NCBI GenBank assembly: GCA_040954595.2
Contig: CM082587.2
Location: 9,863,403-9,927,402, forward strand
Length of the DNA stretch: 64,000 nucleotides
DNA from: Balanoglossus misakiensis
Lineage: Eukaryota > Animalia > Hemichordata
Direction of reading: 5' to 3'
The position numbers and the translations under genes were made by a program. Of the stretch, positions 53,236 to 64,000 are shown piece by piece. Numbering within the stretch: position 1 is the stretch's first letter; every line of letters starts with the position of its first letter. The notes under the pieces were generated by a model. That model was not told the origin of the DNA. It worked only from the letters and a program-made list of their open reading frames with translations, and did not search any database.

Positions 53236-55459
53236 GAGTGTTTCGAGGAGATATTAGAGAGGTTTAGTTACACGTAAATACGCTTACGTCTGACGGCAGG
53301 CAGTGGCGTTCGCGTATGCGTAGCGACGCGTGAATTTTGCGGTTTAGTTGTACGTTTTGAATAACTACAACAGTTAAAAATAGCGTCAAGGACACTGTGG
53401 TCCCATTTGAGGATTATGCGGAAACAGTGACACACCAGAATAAAAATTACAGGTGACATTGCAAGCAGATCTGCAAACAGCAATATCGGGCCCAAGCCAA
53501 CATAGCACATAGCAATATAGCAATAAGCATATCTGCTCTGGATGCCAAGATATGGAAAAGTATGTCAAAGGTCACCTGAGGTTATGCAAAATTTGGGCAA
53601 GAAATTTTGACCCTATACTGGTCCATGTTCAACAAAAACCAAACCTATAGCCCTATTGGTTAGCCTGGAATTAGGTATGCACATAATAAATGAGATATGC
53701 AGGTGTCACAGATGACCCCAAATTTTGGCTTTTCAATTTTAGTCCCAACCCTCCAAACGCCAAGTCTGTACCTGCTCTGGATGCCAAGATATGATAAAGT
53801 AGGTCAAAGGTCACCTGAGGTCATGCAAAATTTGGGCAAGAAATTTTGACCTTATACTGGTCTATGTTCAACAAAAACCAAACCAATAGCCCTATTGGTT
53901 AGCCTTGAATTAGGTATGCACATAATTAATGAGATATGCAGGTGTCACAGGTGACCCCCCAATTTTGGCTTTTCAATTTTAGTCCCAACCCTCCGAACGC
54001 CAAGTCTGTACCTGCTCTGGATGCCAAGAAATGGTAAAGTAGGTCAAAGGTCACCTGAAGTCATGCAAAATTTGGGCAAGAAATTTTGACCCTATACTGG
54101 TCCATGTTCAACAAAAACCAAACCTATAGCCCTATTGGTTAGCCTGGAATTAGGTATGCACATAATAAATGAGATATGCAGGTGTCACAGGTGACCAATA
54201 TTTTGGCTTTTCAATTTTAGTCCCAACCCTCCAAACGCCAAGTCTGTACCTGCTCTGGATGCCGAGATATAGGAAAGTAGGTCAAAGGTCACCTGAGGTC
54301 ACCCAAAATTTGGGCAAGAAATTTTGACCCTATACTGGTCCATGTCCCACAAGAACGAAACCTCTAGCCCTATTAGTTAGCCCGGAATTAGGTATGCACA
54401 TAATTAATGTGTTAAGCAGGTGTTACAGGTGAGCCCAAAATTTTGCCTTTTATTTTGGCCCCATTGTGCTCACTGACCAATAGACAGTCACTGTACAGGA
54501 CTATTGCACAGACCAGAATTCCACAATAAGACGTGGACATAGCTTAACCATAGAGGTATAAGTAAAGGTATAAATTTAATAAAAAGACTAAAAAATTCAT
54601 AAAAAATAAAACATCCATGATATTAACTTAACACTTACAGGTCAATGTGAGGTTGACATAAGGTACATGCATACCAATTTTGAAAGCAATCTGATGAGTA
54701 GTTGTTGACTTTCAGAGTTTTGATAAATTTCACATTTTTCCAGCTAATTTGCATATTTTTGGGCCTGGCAACTTCGTTTGGACAAACTCCCATCTACAGC
54801 CCAGCCTGCACCTACACACCAAATATTGAGGTGATACGCGCAGCGGTTTTCAAGTTTTTGATGTGGTCGGACATACAGACATACATCCATACATACATCC
54901 ATACATACATACAGACGCAACCGATCCCATAAGGTCCCATGGTATATATGCCTTTACCAATGGGACCTAAAAACAATAGAAAATTCAAATATTTTTCACT
55001 TCAATAAATTTTGTGTGTGATGAATATTCTCTAAGATCACCACCCTTGCAATGAGTTTCTTGACTGCAGTGGAAAGATAGTTTAGTGAAGTTTTCCGATG
55101 CCTTTGTCGAGGCGTCCACTGAAAACGTAGTTTGGGAATAAATTTTTGTGTTTATGTTTTGAAAACACCAAATAGCGCCGGTTTTAGCACAAATGGCAGA
55201 ATTTTTTTAGATAGCATGGATGCTGGCTATATCACAATTGCACTATAGAGATCAATCGCTCAAATTAAAAAGAGAATATCGAGAAATTCCGAAAAAAGTT
55301 ACACGTAATCATGATTACGCATAGAAGCGTCGCTTGCCGTTCCGAACTTCTGTTCTACGCGTACGCGACGTCTGCTTATCATGTGACAATGACGCTACGC
55401 GTACTGATCAAACGTATTTACGTGTAACTAAACCTGTCTAATATCTCCTCGAAACACTC
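53236..55459. mobile_element. TIR element with GAG...CTC ends (Sola-like, tentative) hosting a Helentron
   Basis: ~45-bp TIR GAGTGTTTCGAGGAGATATTAGA-AGGTTTAGTTACACGTAAATACG, with its reverse complement at 55413-55459. Confidence 0.75.
53470..54972 (-). mobile_element. Non-autonomous Helentron carrying a ~240-bp internal tandem array (~3.8 units, 53530-54445)
   Basis: One end reads GCTTGGGCCCGATATTGCTGTTTGCAG; the other is the hairpin AGGTCCCAT...ATGGGACCT-AAAAA; a (CATA)n tract lies near it. Confidence 0.7.
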
Positions 55460-56459
55460 GAGGGGGGTCGGCAAAATCCAGGGGGGGGGGGGGGGGTCAC
55501 TTAAATTTTGAAGTCCAAAAGGGGGGGGGGGTCATCTGTTTTTTTTAAACGTTTAGGGGGCGGTCACATACTTTTGCCACTGAACTTTTGGTTTTGAGTC
55601 CACAAAATTTTGCGCCCTTCATTTTACAAAATTTTCTCATGTGGGAGGGGGACACCTCCTCCCACACCCACCCCCTTCATTCTCCGCCACATTGCATTTA
55701 TTGGCTGGTTTGTCTAGTGTACGAGGACCCACTACTTGCCACCCGATGCGTACTTTGAGTGGAGTAGCAAAAGTAAAATTGGTCCTCCCCAATATTGAGT
55801 TAATGTGCTTTTGAGTTCATAAAAATGCAACTTTTAGCCCAATATTTTTCAAAATTTTCTTATGAGAGAGGGGGACACCCCCTCCCACACCCAACCCCTT
55901 AATTCTTCACCACATCTAGCGTACCAAGGCGTAGCACTTTCCCACCCCCACCGACACTAACATTGACTGGCAATAGTAAAATTTGTCCTCCCTAACATTT
56001 ACTTAATTTGCTTTTGAGTTCATTCAAATGCAACTTTGAGCACCGTATTTTACAAAATTTTCTCGTGTGGGAGGGGGACACCCACCCCCCACCTTTTCTT
56101 GTTTTACCAATCCTACTAGCCTAGTCCTAGCCGTATTTCTTCCGCTTTGCTTCAAAACCTACCGCCTTCCAACTATTGTATTGACTTGTCATTCTAATTT
56201 ATTCATAATTCATTCTTATTGCAACGATATACTATTATGTACTTCAATCACTTTAAGAAATTTAGAATTGAGGTGTGGGAACCCTCATTCCCTATAATGC
56301 ATATAGTGTACATAGGATCAGGACGGCGAATGTTTTCGGCGTGGGGGGGGGGGGTCATCATTTTTTGGTGCTGAGTGAATGGGGGGTCGGCCTGATTTTG
56401 AAAACCGATGACTCAAACTTGCCGACCCTCCGCCCTGCCGTAAAATCTGAACGGTCCCT
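55460..56459. mobile_element. G-tract-rich non-autonomous DNA transposon, right part
   Basis: Collinear with 24975-25830; ends CTGAACGGTCCCT-AA. Confidence 0.7.
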
Positions 56460-57810
56460 AACACTCGGCATCTCAGGTTGCCTCTTATAATTATAAAAAA
56501 TAAAATAAACATACTGCAAAATAAAAAAAAACAGGTAGTGTGGTTGTTAATGGCAGTATTTGCCCAGCATTTGTGTAAAACCCAGTTCAGTTCCCGAAGC
56601 CACTTCAATTCATTTCATTTCACGGAGACCCTGAAAGATGCGATTTCGATTGTGCTTGGACCAGTCGTCTAGTCGTTTGTTTGTTTAAAAACATTACATC
56701 CATCCACAAATCCTTGAAATTGGACAATTCTTACATGTAGAATAAAAGAAGCAGCCAACCGTAGTGTAGACAGGGCATTACAGCAACTGAAGATCCTAGT
56801 AGCTTAATCAAAATGTAATTTCTTCCTTCTGAGAATGGGCAGCAACGTAAGCTGTCCGGTTTACAAGACAAACCGTCAAAGGAACTCTTTTATCTCATCC
56901 ACCATGTGGCTGTTGAATTCTACTTTTGAATGGTTTCACATGTATGCAACGTGACTTGACTTTTTAAGTCCTGTTCATTTTGTACAGGTTTGGTTGTTAT
57001 AAATTGACTTCTTGTGTCCATTTTTGTCCGCCAATTTACTTCCCCTTTTTGGGATGAATAAAGAGTGATTGAAATGAACAGAACTGAATTCTCCGTTGAG
57101 GAGCCTTGAATTGTGTTACATGTAAACAGTGATTAGTGTTTAATTTATTGGAGGAAAATGTCTCATGCCAAGTCGGCAGAATTCCAGGGTCATTTTATTT
57201 CATCATTTCTATTGTACATCACCCATTTGAAGGTGAGATTTTATCAACAAAGTGATTAATTTTTCATGTTGGATCTTCAGTGAGCTGATTGCGTTTGGAA
57301 TGTCCTATATCATTTCATGGTGTCATACGATCCAAAATAAAAGCTGTGGTAATTAAACCTTCATTGGCTGCAACTTTTGGCTATATCTACAGTATGTTTA
57401 AGTGTGTGTTTATACTGCAGTTTCTTGTTCAGATCCCTGAAACATGATGAAATACCCAGTATCCAACTTATTAAAACACAACCTACCGGTATATATTATA
57501 AGTATAAAGTGAGCTGATTGCTAATGTGCAAAATTTGTATTCTAATCCGGACTAGAATTCATTTGTCAACAATAACAATGGCAGTTACACACATACAGTC
57601 TATGTTGACAAGTGGAGTACTGGGTTTAATTTTGTAGGAATGCTGTTTGGAATAGAACAAGAAATTGCATAGTTGCCAATTTTGGCACACAGAACAAAAA
57701 TACTGAAATTTAATGTAGCCAAAAGTTCAGCTTTTCCCGGCAGTAAGGGCGATTCCGGTAAGGCCATTGCATGAGCAGTCAATCACCAAGTACCGGTAAG
57801 AGACAGAAAA

Positions 57811-58074
57811 CTAGAATGCAACCAACATAACTGTGAGACCAACCATGAAAATATTGATATAAACAATCCATTTTGTATCCACCTTGTCTCTCACCGCATG
57901 ATATTCTCTGAAAAAGTCTCTCAGTCCCTCAATCAAGATCCACATGCCATAATTCAGACCAATGCAGAATAACGTCACAACGATATTACAGATGATGATC
58001 ACGTATCTCCAACAGTCAGGGGGGCCGTCTGGGTGCTCTGTCAATCTCAACTTCAGGAAACTTTTCACAGACAT
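57811..58074 (-). pseudogene. First coding exon of an SLC16/monocarboxylate-transporter-like MFS gene (fragment)
   Basis: GPPDCWRYVIIICNIVVTLFCIGLNYGMWILIEGLRDFF resembles the SLC16 PPDGGWGW-TM1 region. The expected donor reads G|TTATGT and no downstream exons were recognised. Confidence 0.55.
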
Positions 58075-58649
58075 TCTGCTGATGAGATAGAAGAAAAGTC
58101 TATGATGAAAAATCTGTTTGAAAGTATAAGCAGGATATCAGGTTTTATATTTTTCGGCTTCGGTGGCCATTACACACAGTCACCTACAGGCTATAATCTC
58201 AAAAGCTGTACTTAGTGCCGTACGGTATATTACCGGTAGGATGGGTCTTGGAGTAGAAAACTATATTGCATTTGGTGCATGAACAAAAATACTGTCAATA
58301 GAGCCAACAGTTACAGCTACCGCAGTGTCCCTTTAATCATAAGCTGAAGTTTGGGTGGGGGGTGGGGTGGGGGAGGTGGGGGGGATGGGGGGGAGCTAGA
58401 TTGTCAGAATAGCTGACGTTCAGACATTTAGCAGCTACTGAGCTCAAATACTTCATATTTCCAAACTAGCCATAACTTGTTGACTATAATTAATAAAGGC
58501 ACGCATATAGCTAATAGTTATCAGAACAGCAAATTGGAATCTGCATACTTTTTATCAACATGACAGAATAAAAGTATACATTTTGAAGGTGCGCAGATAT
58601 TTCCCATGGAGACTGACAAAATATTTCAATCACGCAATCACTGACTTAA

Positions 58650-59150
58650 TAAATAGATATTTATTTATTGACTTAAATGCAATACGACAAGCCACAATGG
58701 GCTGATTCATCACTGTAAATAATAAATACATTCTCATACGAGTTGCTAGTCAGGATACATAAAAATAAGAGGGAAAAACACACTAACACAGGTTTCTGAA
58801 AATACCTGAACTCACACAATTGTTGAAGACAAAACAAGGTATAGGCAGTCAGTGTACATGTACTTTGTAAAGTAGGGACTTACGTTACCCATTTAGCAAT
58901 AAGTTTTGGTGTACCTTGACTCATGTCATTGAGGAAGAGTTTGAGTTTCTCCGTATCTGGCAATTCTTGAAAATCTTGAAAATGCTTGCTGGTAATATCA
59001 AATAAATTTCCATTATATAAAGTACAGTGTAAAAGAAAGTGAAATTCGTCTTCCATTGCATTCTCTGTGTAAAATATACCAAATCCGCCCGTTTCAAATC
59101 GTACTGGCAAAATTCCAAGTCTGAATTGAGCTAGGAAAGTCATTTACTAC
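58650..59150 (-). mobile_element. 3' remnant of a non-LTR retrotransposon (RTE-X-like)
   Basis: LAQFRLGILPVRFETG...EDEFHFLLHCTLY, with an AATAAATAAAT-type tail. Confidence 0.65.
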
Positions 59151-59852
59151 GGTCCAGAATACTAAAACAATATCTAAAGCAACAACACAACTTTATAAAT
59201 TGAAATGAAAGCACTCTGCCAAACAAACAAATAAAATCATGAAACATTGGCTGAAAATTTGATTAATGGAATTCTGACAGGGAAAATTTTCCTACAAACT
59301 TTTAGCAACATATATGCCTTCTAGTAATAGAGTGTTGACAGTTAAAATGGCTCCACCTACTGGTAGTCAGCGGTGACCACCATTTTGCAAAATTTATTAG
59401 TCTGTAAGGAGCATTGGTAGTCAGTTGACATGTGACTTCTGCTAAATTTGAGCCTGTGTCAAACACTCCGAATGCTAGGATCATGAATTCTTTTCATGAA
59501 AACTACCCACGATTTAGGTTTGAGCCAAAGTTTGATTCATTTAATTAAATCAGGATAGCGGAACAATATTATTTCCCCATGTCACTTTTGCACTTGGCCA
59601 CTACTGCTACGGTGAAGTCTCTATGCTTTGTTATTTAAGGTTGCTATGCCAATAGGCAATGCGCTGCAGCACTATTGTTCGAGGAATTGTCCAGGAGATT
59701 TGGAACAATGCAGTGCATCACTGTTTTCACCTGCATGTCCATATCAAAGTTGTCTGTGGCTAACATGAGCTTCCAAGCCATACATTACAGCAATGTGCAT
59801 GTCACAGTCAACACCAGTGTCTCAGTACGGTATATATCCACAAGGTTCCAGC

Positions 59853-62635
59853 TTAGACAGGACGCCATTTTCCTTGGTCCTTCGATTTCCACAACGAGTC
59901 CTTATCTGCATACATGACAGTTTTACAGTGTTCCGGCATTTTCTCTCTGTACTCCGTGTTGATGTACACGCCTATCCAGATCAAGATAGGAACCGATGCC
60001 AGCACAGCGCAACCAAGTGTCAGATATGTCAAACTCAAACGCAACCTGGCGAACAAAAAATATGACAACAATGAAGGGTGGTAAAGAGATGTTCCTGAAA
60101 ATATTGCAACCATTATAAATATGAAAATTTCATATGACTTTACATGGCCGAAGGTTGTGTCTAAGTATTCTAATAGCCATCGTGGCACTTTTTGGGGATG
60201 TGCCACGTACTAACTGAAAATCAGTGACTGTCTGTACTTGCATTTTCCATGGTACATGTAACAGTGATTAGGTGACAAATTGTGCCTCAAATTACACCAC
60301 ATCACTAGACCTTTAAACCGATCTAGTCCTGGAAGTGTTCTAATTTGTTTGAACAAAAATCCTCAAAAGAAAAAAGTGTGACAACAGCCTGTGTATATTT
60401 ATGAATAATTTAAGACTGCAACAAAAATCTGGAGACAAAACTGACCTTGAAGAATTTCCGCAGATGATCAACCACAGCATAACAAAAACCAATCCACCAA
60501 GTTCTCTGTGAATAAAAAATAAAAACAGTGGCTATTAATTTTATTGTAGAAATTGATCAGAATCAAAATATTTGTCACCATTGCCAAAACATGAAAACTA
60601 TCAATTTTTGAGTACCCCCAGTTTCTGTTCTACTGGACATCAGTGTGCCCTCTAAGCTGATATGAGGCGCCACTGACCCAACAAACTCACTGGTGACTCA
60701 AGAAAATTATCAACACTACATGCAAAGGTATAGGGCTGACTCAGAGAATTTTTTAATTCTCAAATTGACTCTATTAAAGCTTTGAAAATTTATTTCGTGA
60801 GGGCTACATTGTAGACATATTTATTAAAACTGTAAATTTTTATCACTGCAGCTTTCACCATTTAAATCAAACACTAAACTTACCTGGCTTCTTCCATTTC
60901 ATAGAATTTCATTTCTGTCTCGCTGTCTTTTATCGTCTTTGTCAGATACAGCGACAGCAAACCCATGGCAATGACATGCAGTGTGCAGGTTATCCGCCAT
61001 ATTGGATTATCTGCATAGAGAAAACAAAGAAATAATTAGTTTTGTCTTGTAGTCCGATTTATGGTTGCTTTAATCGCAACAATTAAACCAGAAACACGAG
61101 ATTTGTGGAAATATAAAATCATCACACATTAACCTCAGTGGTACATGAAGCTATTAAAATCATTGACCTTTCATCTCTGTGATGGAGGATTCAGAAACTT
61201 TGGTTAAAGACTAACTTGCTGTGACAGAATGACATTTCTAAAATGTCAACTGAACAACAATGAATATATCTAAGGCATTGTGGGTAATTAAACCGTTTGT
61301 GCACAAAAATATTAGTTTTACAATTTGAAGAAGTCTCAATATAAACATTCAAGATTAACATCCATGGTTGTATTTTTCTGCCTTAAACATTTTGTTTAAT
61401 GTTTGAATTACATCATAAAAAGTCAACTTACCTGTCACATGACTGGACACTGCTACAGCCAGACACAACAATGTAGGTATAATGTAAAGAGCCTGAAACA
61501 AACAAAGAAAATATCTTTCAGTATTTTTTGCACAGTTTTCAATTTCATAAAGTACCTTTTCTGACACGGAAAACTTATTTCACATAGAAATATTTCTACA
61601 ATTAATATTAGAGTGTGTTCCATTGATGGAAGCAAGGTGCATTGGACACACCCCAGTAATGTGCTACTTCACAAAGACTGGCACAGAAAATGAACAGAAA
61701 TTTCTGCACCTAGCATATGTCTTTTTGACAAAGATAACAGCTACAGTGTTCCCATGACAAACTAAGAATTTAGAATAAAATTAACTTCAAGAAGTCTAAT
61801 ATGTTGCTTGGTAATTTCTATCCACTGTTTTGACAGAAAGGGTAAAGTCAGCGGTTTTCCTTCACCCAACAGTAAGTTAAGCTGTCATTTCTGTTTGCAG
61901 AGAGACTGGAGATGAATCATAAATAAAATACCCTGCAGTCAGAACATTTGATGGTTACCACGGTTACTCACCATCCATAACTCTGGGTCAGGATCATTTT
62001 TCTGCAAACAAAGAAAAATATAAGCATCACTGACATTTTATTTGCTCCGATTCGGCCAGTACTGGTCCAAACAAGCATGATAGATACTGCCTTTAATCTC
62101 ATACTGACCAATTTCCATCATAAACCTCGCTCTATTTGGAAAATTTGTTAACTTATTTTTTTCTTCATCATTTGCATGAATCTGATACTCCTGCAAACTT
62201 AATTTAACCTTGAAATGTGTAGTTCACATGGACATTAAGTTTTCTATAAAATAAAACATTTAACCACACTCTGGACTAGAAAGGCTTCCAAAAGTACATG
62301 TACATGCACAAAACGCATTTATAATAATTGGAAAATATTTTGGATCTACAATATGTCAGGTCTTGGTAACGCGATGGACTTGGCTATGGTATTAAGGAAT
62401 AACACATTTTGTGGCTCTATTTTTGACACTGTCGAGACTGATATAAAATTATTATCAGTCTATGAAATCTTGCACAAACACGCACAAGGGAGCGTGGCGT
62501 GGTCCAATGTGTCCAAACCCGGAAATGACCAACACGTACCTGTACATAAGCAAACAGAGCAAACAGTGCACACGTGAATGCGTTCATCAATCTCCATCCA
62601 AGAGATCCCGTATCTTGGCTTTTTGAACTCAGCAT
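59853..62635 (-). CDS. TMEM220: Transmembrane protein 220, complete; exons 62635-62540, 62001-61972, 61492-61432, 61010-60884, 60505-60446, 60045-59853
   Basis: All phases are compatible. Product contains WRLMNAF...AYVQKNDPDPELWMALYIIP...EEARELGGLV...YINTEYREKMPEHCKTV, matching TMEM220 motifs. Confidence 0.93.
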
Positions 62636-64000
62636 GGTCCCGACAATTTACGCCGGAGATTTTGAATGATGGAAAACAATCCAAAACAGTCCCCCATGTA
62701 TCGGAGGCGTTCAACACACTCCACAAACAACTGACCTGACCTGAGCCAATCTTACAACCAGCTGACATGTATTGACCTGTTGCAAGGTCAACAGAGGTCG
62801 CGAGACTGGCCTCCAGAGGGCGTAGTCAATGAACGTTGGCTTTTCAGTATTAATGCAGTTCACGATGTGAATATTTTAACAGGACTATCCTACAGAGTTT
62901 TGCGGAAAACTTGTTATGCGCTCTAGCCTTTAATTCATATTTTATTTAGTACACAACATGCACGATCAGAGAGTGCTGTAAAGTACAGTAATTATTTTGA
63001 AAATTGTAACATTATGTAGAAATTTTCCAAGATTCTACAGAAGTCTTTTTCTTACTTAATTTTTATACTCTTGAACAGCAGTGACCCAGATTTTACATCA
63101 AATAATTTGAATTCTTTTTGATGATGACAAGTACCCATATTTCTACATTATGGGTACTGAATTTCAACATTTTCATTCTGATTAGAAATCTACCCTATTC
63201 ACTCCTAATACCAGCTCGAGGAGCATACAGAATTGAACGTTTAACAGTAAATAGTGCTTTCATTGTTTTCATTTTCAAGTGTAACTGGTTTTGCTTAAAT
63301 TTGCCATTAGGAGTATTAAGCATACACCAAATTGTTTGGCTTGACTGATCATTTCACCATGAATTTTAAAGGCACAGTTTTTTTTACCATTCTGCTATTC
63401 CTAGGCCTGTTGAGAATCATAAATTTGGTTTTTGACATTTACTGTGAGCTCCCATTGTTGGCGGTATACACCTAGTTTGCTTTCACAGTTTTGAAGCCCT
63501 TCCGTAGATTCTAAATTTAGCAATAAATCATCGATCTGCATAAATAATACAGTTTTAACTTGACACTATCCAGTTCGACTAGAAAATCAGATGCTTCCCC
63601 CAAAATATCAGTGCAATCATTTAGAAAAAAAATTTAAAATGTAGCAGACAACTTACATCCCTGCTGAACTCCACAAGATGTCTCAAAGCTCTTTGAAAAC
63701 CTTGTAATTAACATTTTCCAACCTTTTTTTAATTAATGACTGATAAAATTTACCAACTTCAATAATAAATCCTTCTTCTAAACACAATCAGAAGCCCATC
63801 TCAAGTCAACAAAAGCCGAGTATAAATAATTTCCTCTCTTTTTCCTTTCAGTTTAGACAAATTTGTTTATTGCAGTGTTGGGAACAAACATAGAATCAGA
63901 TGTTCTTGTGTTCTTTCTGAACCTGAACCAAAATGGTGTAATAAGCCTGTTAATGTCTAGGTAGCTGATTAATTGTGTATTGAAAATTGACCTTGCATAA

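Overview
AT-rich, intron-containing, repeat-dense animal DNA; an invertebrate deuterostome is plausible but the taxon cannot be fixed from sequence alone. No prokaryotic features, CRISPR arrays, rRNA or tRNA were seen. Splicing exons by hand (GT-AG plus phase checks) gives: a small secreted PAN/Apple gene (-, ~0.6-2.0 kb); a decaying, intron-rich CMTR2/FtsJ-like pseudo-methyltransferase (+, to 20877); a STAND/NB-ARC-TPR gene with a SAM-like insert that lacks its 5' P-loop exons (+, 37761-41905); an intact 197-aa secreted protein of unrecognised family plus a pseudogene paralogue (44.5-48.3 kb); the last four exons of INTS1 (-); an SLC16-like first exon; and a complete six-exon TMEM220 (-). Mobile DNA includes an inverted pair of 2-kb non-autonomous Helentrons, a Tx1-clade LINE inserted in AG/TC microsatellite with a tandem partial duplicate, RTE-X remnants, Kolobok-, Harbinger- and Sola-like MITEs, satellites, and a short array of stacked Helentron terminal hairpins. 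All protein and transposon family calls come from recalled motifs, not database searches.
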